Shown piece by piece: positions 18,570-25,757 of a stretch of DNA of 64,000 nucleotides. The notes beneath the pieces were generated by a model, which searched no databases, was not told the origin of the DNA, and saw only the letters and a list, made by a program, of their open reading frames with translations. Source of the DNA: an uncultured Myxococcales bacterium (GTDB taxonomy: Bacteria > Myxococcota_A > UBA9042 > CAIXZC01); NCBI GenBank assembly GCA_964593355.1, contig CAZQHM010000023.1:83-64082 (forward strand), read 5' to 3'. The translations under genes and the position numbers were made by a program. The first letter of the stretch is position 1; each line of letters begins with the position of its first letter.

Positions 18570-19922
18570 TTATCGGAACCTTCGGAAAACAACCAAGAGC
18601 GATGATAGGATTCCAAGCAGTACCAAAACGGCAGCGGCTTTGCCGCTTCGGCTGGCTAAGCCACCGCTCTCTACCTCTCCATCTATGTCGGAACAAGGCA
18701 GCTTCTCGTAGAAAATGTTCTCAAGCAGCTTGAGCCCCGAGGGCCAACGCTTGAAGGTGATGTCGGTTACCATGGCCTCGGCCTTGAGCACCCCGGAAAA
18801 TCTGGTAACACCATACTTCCCCTCGGCCATGGCCACGATCTCATCAGGCCAGGACTCAGGCAGTTCCAGTCCAACCGATTCAGGGGTTACGTAAGAATAG
18901 CTGAACACCGGCATTCTCAACTCACGGGTGAAGAGTTGATTGCTGCCCAACCCCCCCATGATTCGGTCATAGTACTCAACCACAAGGCCCCCCCGTGGGG
19001 TGAAGCCCTTTCGAACAGCCGCCAGCCCATCGTCCCACTGGCTCTTGTTAAGCATCTGCCCCACGGGCATAGGCAACCAGTCCACCGAGGCGGTGACAAG
19101 GGGATCCTTCTCCACGGGAGAGACAACCCACAGTATCAGCTCAAGTCCCGCCTGGGGTGCCGCAAGAGCTGTGAGCTTCATGGGGTAGATGGCCTCTTCA
19201 TAGTCAAGCCCCTCCAGGCGGAAAGTCAGAGGCTTGATGGGCAGTTTCGGGTCGAGGTCTGGAAGAAGCTTGCCGGCAAATACGAAGGAACCATCAAGAA
19301 TCGTGGGCTTGTCGGTGATGCCGGAAGGAACGACGTAGCCTTCCTTCTCCAGCCACTCCACCAGAGCGGCACTGCCCTGAGCCGAGAGCACGACATACTC
19401 GAATTGCTCTGTGGTACCAGAGCCCCAGACCTTGACATCGCTCTCTGCCTTGGCCGCACGGGAACCGCTGCCATCACCCTTCGTGTCGGCGGAACCTGCA
19501 CAACCGAACCACCCACTGGAGGGCTCCTCTTCATAACAGAAGGGTACGAAAACGGGAGAGGTCAGGCGCTCCAAAGCATCAAAAAGCCCGGCGTTGGCAT
19601 CCGACACTTTGGGTACCACCGGAAAGGGCACAATCCAGGCGGCCGCACCGGCCTTTCGTTCGAACATAGGCTGAATCATCACATCCCAACTGCCATCCCT
19701 GAACCAGAGCACCGCTCGCTGGGCAGTCGCCGATGGCGTGCTGCCTTCAGCCTGGGCCACCTCCATGTGGTATGTAACCATGCCGTCAGCCAATGCCGGT
19801 GCGATAGGGGCCAGGGCCGCCAGCGTCAGGGTGGCTGCAGCCAGAACTACCAGCGCCCCTCCACGTCGCATCTGAAACGAAATGCGCCCGAAAACAGCTT
19901 CGAGCAGGCCATTGCTTGCCAT
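18570..19922 (-). CDS. exported hypothetical protein with C-terminal hydrophobic anchor (sorting-signal-like tail)
   Basis: The ATG at 19922 is preceded by GGAG. N-terminal signal ...MRRGGALVVLAAATLTLAALAPIAPALA. C-terminus SGGLASRSGKAAAVLVLLGILSSLLVVFRRFR has a GG motif, TM helix and basic tail. Confidence 0.55.
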   Translation of the reverse strand: MASNGLLEAVFGRISFQMRRGGALVVLAAATLTLAALAPIAPALADGMVTYHMEVAQAEGSTPSATAQRAVLWFRDGSWDVMIQPMFERKAGAAAWIVPFPVVPKVSDANAGLFDALERLTSPVFVPFCYEEEPSSGWFGCAGSADTKGDGSGSRAAKAESDVKVWGSGTTEQFEYVVLSAQGSAALVEWLEKEGYVVPSGITDKPTILDGSFVFAGKLLPDLDPKLPIKPLTFRLEGLDYEEAIYPMKLTALAAPQAGLELILWVVSPVEKDPLVTASVDWLPMPVGQMLNKSQWDDGLAAVRKGFTPRGGLVVEYYDRIMGGLGSNQLFTRELRMPVFSYSYVTPESVGLELPESWPDEIVAMAEGKYGVTRFSGVLKAEAMVTDITFKRWPSGLKLLENIFYEKLPCSDIDGEVESGGLASRSGKAAAVLVLLGILSSLLVVFRRFR

Positions 19923-20036
19923 GTGCAACTCCACAGTCCAATTGGGGCCAGGGCCCCGAAAAGCTCACCAAAGAGGCCGCTATCATAACAGTGAGCAGGG
20001 CAAATCGCCAGCCCTCACCCGTCCCGGCCCTCACCC

Positions 20037-20072
20037 GGCCCCTTTGGGGCCGACCTCTCCCGGCGGGAGAGG
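20037..20072. other. two adjacent perfect hairpins (GGCCCC-TTT-GGGGCC and CCTCTCCCG-G-CGGGAGAGG) in an intergenic region
   Basis: Read directly from the sequence. No U-run follows on either strand, so an intrinsic-terminator role is unproven. Adjacent direct repeat GCCCTCACCCG x2 at 20011-20036. Confidence 0.3.
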
Positions 20073-20172
20073 TGATTGGCGGTGCGGCTATGCCACTGGG
20101 TAGCTGATTTGCAGCAGGACGGTCACCGATATGCGGGCTGCTGGAGCACCGATCAGGTAAACGGACCGAGGC

Positions 20173-20631
20173 TTAGAGGCAGATGGAGGCGTAGTACTCG
20201 ATGCAGGTGGTCAGGTAGGCGTCCCTGAAGCTTTCGTTGGGGTTATCACCACACACCATGATGTTGCAGGTGCACCAGAAGGGCTGGCCGGCGTGGTCGA
20301 CCTCTTCGGTCTCCAAGCAGGAGCAGTACTCGTCGTTGGCACTGACGGCCATGCACTCGCAGTAAGAGGTCGTCCCGGTACAGCCCAGGTCACCGCCAGC
20401 GGTATCCGTGGGCGGCGTGACGTTGTCCTTAGTCACGGAGGTGTCCTCTTTGTCTACCACCGAGGTCTCCTCTACTACTTCGTCAACGGCGATGAGGCCG
20501 CCGCTGTTTCCGTAGCTCTGCCCGGCGGTGGAATAGCCTGGTTTGGGACCATAACCGGTGCCAGCTTCAAAATCTCGCTCGCAGGCCGAAAGGGCCATGA
20601 CAACAAGGACGCTCAAGAAAAATCGGGCCAT
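20173..20631 (-). CDS. small Cys-rich lipoprotein
   Basis: Internal ATG at 20631 (MARFFLSVLVVMALSAC) with a GGAGG RBS. C-terminal half has about 10 Cys. Confidence 0.5.
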   Translation of the reverse strand: MARFFLSVLVVMALSACERDFEAGTGYGPKPGYSTAGQSYGNSGGLIAVDEVVEETSVVDKEDTSVTKDNVTPPTDTAGGDLGCTGTTSYCECMAVSANDEYCSCLETEEVDHAGQPFWCTCNIMVCGDNPNESFRDAYLTTCIEYYASICL

Positions 20632-20803
20632 GAGAAACCTCCACCCCATTGGGTCACGGCACATTCTAATGGCGGGGCCCGAAGCGGTCAAAAAATGTTG
20701 CGCAGAAGGCAACGGCGCAAATCAGCTTCAAGCTCGAAATGGTGAAGAGGAAGCGGGCAAGAGGAGCGAAATCTGACCGGCGACTTCGAATCTCTCAGTT
20801 CTT

Positions 20804-21442
20804 CTACTTGGAAGAGGATCGTTCCTGGTTCAACCGGTTGAGGATGCTCATGGCAGCCTCTTGCGCCGAGTCAATTTCGGACTCGGGGCCCGTCAGAATC
20901 AACCTGCCCGTAGCACCCCACGGTTGGACCATGGAGAGCTTGACCCTCGCTGCTTTGAGCGCCTCATTACAGGCAATGGCGAGGTAAGCTGCTGGGTTGG
21001 TTTCCATTATGAGCAGCGAATCCCCGGCCAGGCACATGTCGCCCCTGGAGAGACCCGTGATGGCAATGGCGTGGTCCTGCTCCACACCACGAATGATGTG
21101 GTTCTGGAGGATCTTGACCTCCGATCGATTGGCCAGAGTAAGCCCCGTCTCCTGGAGAACGATTCTGCCAGCCTCGATTACCTCGCCCTGATCCGGATGG
21201 TGAACTTCCATCAAGCCGTACTGGCGCTCGGTGACCAGCGTACCAAGCCGAACCTTCGTCCGCTTCAGCACCAGGTCGATCATGCGGTGGATCTCCATGG
21301 CAGGAGCCAACTCTACGAAGAGCGAAGCGTCGTACTCGGCAGGGTCATAAACCCTGTTCTCTTTGGCGATATACTGAGCAAGCCTGGGCTGCAGGCTGTC
21401 AATGAACGTGTAAACCCTCAACTCGAACGACTTGTCCGCCAT
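20804..21442 (-). CDS. tandem BMC-domain protein (BMC-T-type bacterial microcompartment shell protein)
   Basis: Two consecutive ~90-aa domains each match the BMC (PF00936-type) pattern. Domain 2 (LIMETNPAAYLAIACNEALKAARVKLSMVQPWGATGRLILTGPESEIDSAQEAA) can be compared with PduA ([50 protein letters not shown]). ATG at 21442 (MADKSFEL) has a GGAGGG RBS; the ORF track starts at 21508. Confidence 0.6.
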   Translation of the reverse strand: MADKSFELRVYTFIDSLQPRLAQYIAKENRVYDPAEYDASLFVELAPAMEIHRMIDLVLKRTKVRLGTLVTERQYGLMEVHHPDQGEVIEAGRIVLQETGLTLANRSEVKILQNHIIRGVEQDHAIAITGLSRGDMCLAGDSLLIMETNPAAYLAIACNEALKAARVKLSMVQPWGATGRLILTGPESEIDSAQEAAMSILNRLNQERSSSK

Positions 21443-21700
21443 GAAATCCCTCCAATGAGAACTACCCACACGGTCTATCAAACCAAGCACCGGAGTGCCA
21501 GGCATCAACGCTCAACCAGCCCTCAATAAGACAACCGGCCTCCCGACTGGGGCACGACGCCAACAGGGCATACGGAAGTTGATTTAGCCCAAACCGCCCC
21601 CGTTCGCAAGCTTTAGATTGGCGCAGCGACGATCCTCTCGGAGTTCGGAACGGGTGCGCCAATCACGGGCAGATACTGCACAGCCCCCCTCCTCCCTCAC

Positions 21701-22969
21701 TCACTCAGACTTCTCCGGGATTTCCATGGGAGCCTCTTCTTCTGGCCGGACCACCCCACCGGGATAGCCCTCCTCTTCACGATACTGCTCGTTTAGATCC
21801 TGCCCATCGGGGCCCTCGTGCCATTCGCCAGGATACTCCGATGGATATTTCTCGCTGGAAGTCCGAATCCCCAGAAACATATAGGCGCCAGCACCCAACA
21901 GCACCGAGATCCCCATGCTGCCCGAAATCCTCCACTCGAAGACACCCTTCTTGAAAGAGACCTTGCCCGATGCCTTGGCCATTCCGGCCATGGTCTCTAC
22001 CAGTTTGAGGAATCCCTTTCGGTCGCGCAGTAGCCCAGAGAACTCTTCGGGAATCTCCTCGGGAGCAATAGAGGCGATGCCCAGCAGGCCAAGCCCCAAT
22101 CCCCTCGCAACGTAGGGCGCAGCACTCAACATCTGGTTTACGCCCGACGCCAGGTCCAACATGGCCTGCCCCCGAACGTCGTCGTTCAGCCTCTCCCACA
22201 GAACAATCTCTCGCTCCGATAGGGCCACCACCCACTCATCAGTCCGGGCCAGAAAATCGGTCCACTCACGGCCAAGGCCCATGCTTTGCACCAGACCGAT
22301 GGCTCGCAAGATGTTCCAGTTCACATAGCCGATGCCCGCAGCCTTGGACATCGAAGCGGCCTTGGGCAGCCCAGCCACCTTGCCGGCCTTGAAGTTCTTG
22401 GCCATGGCAGCGGCCTTCACCGAATCGATATCACCAACCACAAGGTCTTTGCCCGTGTAGAAGACGGCAGGTTGGAACGCAAATGGGCCCCCGAAGTCTC
22501 CCTCTCCGATTCTCAACTCCTTGGAATTAACCACCTCCACTCGCCCCGGTGCCTCAGCCAGCGCTGCCCTTATGCCCGTGTTCTCGAAGTTGCCCGAGAC
22601 CACCATGAGAAACTGCAGCTTCCCATCTACCATGGAGACACTGACCGTCACCGTGGATATGTCCTGGAGCACATTGAGCCCAACCTCCCTCAACAATGGC
22701 TTCGTTATTTGAGTCCGGACCTCCTCAACCACAAAATTCAGCTGCTCCCCCAAGAGACCGCTCTTCACCACTGCGGGATCAACAGCCAGCTTCTCCAGTG
22801 GCCCCATCACAGCATTCCATGCCGTCTTGACGTCCACAAAGACATAAACCGCCGGATTCGCTATGGCTCCACCAGACACCTTGGATGCTGCTCCTCTGGC
22901 TTCTCCGATGCCCGGAATCACTGCCAGCAACAGCCCCACGATAAACAGAAACCGAGATACTCTCTGCAT
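21701..22969 (-). CDS. exported protein with C-terminal TM anchor and acidic cytoplasmic tail
   Basis: ATG at 22969 (MQRVSRFLFIVGLLLAVIPGIGEA signal peptide). TM helix ISVLLGAGAYMFLGI near the C-terminus, then an E/P/Y-rich tail. Confidence 0.5.
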   Translation of the reverse strand: MQRVSRFLFIVGLLLAVIPGIGEARGAASKVSGGAIANPAVYVFVDVKTAWNAVMGPLEKLAVDPAVVKSGLLGEQLNFVVEEVRTQITKPLLREVGLNVLQDISTVTVSVSMVDGKLQFLMVVSGNFENTGIRAALAEAPGRVEVVNSKELRIGEGDFGGPFAFQPAVFYTGKDLVVGDIDSVKAAAMAKNFKAGKVAGLPKAASMSKAAGIGYVNWNILRAIGLVQSMGLGREWTDFLARTDEWVVALSEREIVLWERLNDDVRGQAMLDLASGVNQMLSAAPYVARGLGLGLLGIASIAPEEIPEEFSGLLRDRKGFLKLVETMAGMAKASGKVSFKKGVFEWRISGSMGISVLLGAGAYMFLGIRTSSEKYPSEYPGEWHEGPDGQDLNEQYREEEGYPGGVVRPEEEAPMEIPEKSE

Positions 22970-23222
22970 GGTTATCCCCCCCCGAAAAGGCAATCTTGAA
23001 CCCGCAGACCTTAGCAACGGCGCTGGATTCCTACAAGGGAAAACCCAGAGGAGCTTTGGCCTTGCTCAGTGGGCCAGGAAACAGCAGGGAAGGCACAGAA
23101 ACGGAAATAAACGCTCACCATCAGGGCCGAATCTGGCCGCAATAAACCATTAGATAGCGCCATAAACTTCCAGTCCGGTGGGTAGCGAGAACAAGTGAAG
23201 GCCGATTCGGTAAAAAAAGGTA

Positions 23223-23251
23223 TTGACAATGAGCACCGGAGGGCCTAATCA
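23223..23251 (+). promoter_or_regulatory. putative sigma70-like promoter (TTGACA-N17-TAATCA) for the 92-aa ORF
   Basis: TTGACA at 23223-23228, TAATCA at 23246-23251, 42 nt upstream of the ATG. Confidence 0.25.
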
Positions 23252-23293
23252 TCCTCCCCACGGATCTTCTTTTTCAAACGGAGGGAGCTAGAC

Positions 23294-23572
23294 ATGGAAA
23301 TTAAGAGCATTTCGCTGGAGGACTTTCAGGGAGTATTGGCGTCCAATGGACGGAGATCGACCTATGGGCACAACCAGGTACTCCTCAAGAAGGCTGAATC
23401 GGAACCCGTAGCACTCAAGTTCGAATCAGAGAAGAAGGCCGTATCCAAGCTTACGGCCCTGTACGTCGTGCGAAGAAAGATGGCCGCTCAGGTCAAGATC
23501 GTCCGAAGAGAAGACACTGTCTACATCGGACCTGGTGAGTACCTGCCAAGCCTTCGCAAGAGCCGCAAGTAG
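23294..23572 (+). CDS. small hypothetical protein (92 aa, basic C-terminus)
   Basis: GGAGGG RBS at 23281-23286. Putative TTGACA-N17-TAATCA promoter at 23223-23251. Lies in a 324-bp AT-richer intergenic region. Confidence 0.4.
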   Translation: MEIKSISLEDFQGVLASNGRRSTYGHNQVLLKKAESEPVALKFESEKKAVSKLTALYVVRRKMAAQVKIVRREDTVYIGPGEYLPSLRKSRK

Positions 23573-23729
23573 TACTACAGCACCCCGCCCACCTCTCTCT
23601 TCAACTCGCCAATAATTCTGACACACACTTGACGGCGCTCTGGCCAGAAGCAGGCCTTGCACCAGTCAGGCAGCAGGATCATAATGGTTCCCAGCAACGA
23701 TGCGTAGATCCAGGGCTCTGTTTGCGCCA

Positions 23730-25742
23730 TTATTTCTTGGTAAGTGACTCAAAACTCTCGAAGATAGCAAGGGCGTCCTCTCTGGAGACAACCCCCTCGG
23801 CCTGGGTCTCCTCCATCAACTCCGACGGTATCTCGTGGATGAACCTGGAGAGCTTGTACCTGTGCATCTCCCCCCGCTCCTCACGGTTTCTGAAGCTGGA
23901 GAGAATCAGATAGCGCTTGGCCCTGGTGATAGCAACGTAGAAGAGCCTGCGCTCCTCCTCGATTCCAGCCTCATCGGGGGCCGACTTGGCGTGGGGGAAA
24001 AGCTGGTCCACCATCCCGGCCACGATAACCGCCTGAAACTCAAGCCCCTTGGAAGCATGCACAGTCATGAGCGTGACCAGTTTGTCCTTGCTCTCGCCAG
24101 AACCGAAGTCTGCCTCGTTCTGCTGCAATGCCAGCCTCTCCAGGAAACCCTCGAGGTTGTGGCAAAGACCATCGTGAACCGCCTTGCGCATCATCCCCAT
24201 GAGCCCCTGAACCGACTGCCACGCATGCCCCTCCCTGGCCAGCAGATCCTCCTTCATCCCCGACCGCAAGAGCAGCGACTCGCAGTAGTGGACCATGGCA
24301 TCGCCAGAAAGAACCGCCAGCCTCTCGTTAGCCTCTTTCATCAGGCCCAGGAACTCCCCAAGGGCCCTGGCCGTTTTTGGAGGCAATGAACTGCCCTCCT
24401 CATCCATCATGCGCCTGGCCGCATCGATAACGCTGAGACCTTTGCGCCTCTGCTGGTCAATGCGCTGCATGGTGGCCAGACCAACCCCACGAACCGGGTA
24501 GTTGATAACACGGCGGAACGAAGCCTCGTCAGCGGGGTTCGCGGCCAGTCGCAAATAGGCCATCAAATCCCGGATCTCTTTCCTGTCGAAGAAGTCGAAC
24601 GAGCCCACAACTCGATATCCGATGGATGCCAGCCTGAAGGCCTCCTGCAACGCACGGGCCTGCCCCTTGGTCCGGTAGAGCACGGCGATCTCGTCGGGAG
24701 GCAGCCCCTCGGCAAACCAGCTCTTGACCTTGCGGGTAATGGCCGTCGCCTCCTCCTTGTCGTTCTCGCATACCGTGCGTTTCACGGGCACCGACATCCG
24801 ATTCTTCGTCCACAGCTCCTTGCTGTGCCGCTTGGTGTTGTGGGAAATGAGGGCGTTGGCGATCCCAAGAATGTTCTGCTCCGACCGGTAGTTCTGTGTG
24901 AGCTTAATAACCCTGGCACCCTGGAAGTGCTTGTCGAACTCCAGAATGTTCTCGATTCTGGCACCCCTCCAGCCGTAGATGGACTGGTCATCGTCACCAA
25001 CCACGGCCAAATTCCGCCGTTGGTCCACCAGAGACTCCAGAAGCTGGAACTGCAGCAGGTTCGTGTCCTGATACTCGTCGACCATAACATAGTCGAACAT
25101 CGACGAAACTTTAGCTTTCAATTCACTATTGGCAGAAAGAATCTTAACCGGCATCAGTATCAAATCGTCAAAATCCAGACACCGAGCTAGTTTCAGTCGT
25201 TCACGGTACTGATTATAAAAATCCTCAAAATGGGCCGATTTGACATAGCCGAAGGAGCGCCCGACCTCCACGGCATCCTCGCCCAAGCCCTTGACCCTCA
25301 TCAGAAAGGCAGATAGCTCGTCGGCGGAAATCTCCCGCTCCGTGATGTTCAACTCCTGCCGAATCTGCCGAATCATGGCGCTGCGGTCAGCCTCATCCAT
25401 CACCTGGCATCCAACATCCACGCCCATCTGCTTGGCGAATCGCCGCACCAGCCACAAGCCAAAGGAGTGGAAGGTTGAGACAAAGAGCTGTGCTGCCAGA
25501 TCCGGACCCGTCAGCCGCCTCACACGCTCGGCCATCTCCCGGGAAGCCTTGTTCGTGAAGGTAACAGCCAGTATCCGATCCGGAGAAACCCCTTCCCTCA
25601 GCAACCGGGCCACACGGCATGTGATGACCCTGGTCTTACCGCTGCCGGCACCGGCCAGCACCAGCATCGGTCCGCCGTTGTGAAAAACGGCATCCCTCTG
25701 AGGAGGATTTAATCTTGATAGTTCAGAATCTAGTGCAGACAT
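23730..25742 (-). CDS. UvrD/Rep/PcrA-family ATP-dependent DNA helicase
   Basis: Walker A motif GAGSGKTRV near the N-terminus. 670 aa. Motifs typical of SF1A helicases (TFHSFG, VDEYQDTN, QNYRS). Confidence 0.85.
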   Translation of the reverse strand: MSALDSELSRLNPPQRDAVFHNGGPMLVLAGAGSGKTRVITCRVARLLREGVSPDRILAVTFTNKASREMAERVRRLTGPDLAAQLFVSTFHSFGLWLVRRFAKQMGVDVGCQVMDEADRSAMIRQIRQELNITEREISADELSAFLMRVKGLGEDAVEVGRSFGYVKSAHFEDFYNQYRERLKLARCLDFDDLILMPVKILSANSELKAKVSSMFDYVMVDEYQDTNLLQFQLLESLVDQRRNLAVVGDDDQSIYGWRGARIENILEFDKHFQGARVIKLTQNYRSEQNILGIANALISHNTKRHSKELWTKNRMSVPVKRTVCENDKEEATAITRKVKSWFAEGLPPDEIAVLYRTKGQARALQEAFRLASIGYRVVGSFDFFDRKEIRDLMAYLRLAANPADEASFRRVINYPVRGVGLATMQRIDQQRRKGLSVIDAARRMMDEEGSSLPPKTARALGEFLGLMKEANERLAVLSGDAMVHYCESLLLRSGMKEDLLAREGHAWQSVQGLMGMMRKAVHDGLCHNLEGFLERLALQQNEADFGSGESKDKLVTLMTVHASKGLEFQAVIVAGMVDQLFPHAKSAPDEAGIEEERRLFYVAITRAKRYLILSSFRNREERGEMHRYKLSRFIHEIPSELMEETQAEGVVSREDALAIFESFESLTKK

Positions 25743-25757
25743 ATTACTCGAAATACA

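Noticed and set aside
23294-23572. Possibility that the 92-aa ORF is a BMC vertex (EutN/CcmL) protein partnering the BMC-T gene
   Set aside because: The sequence does not follow the EutN/CcmL pattern (no MkiarViGtvvst.k...l.g.kLlvvq.....g......vAvD.vGAG.gevVlv..Gs.AR consensus). It is retained only as a small hypothetical gene.
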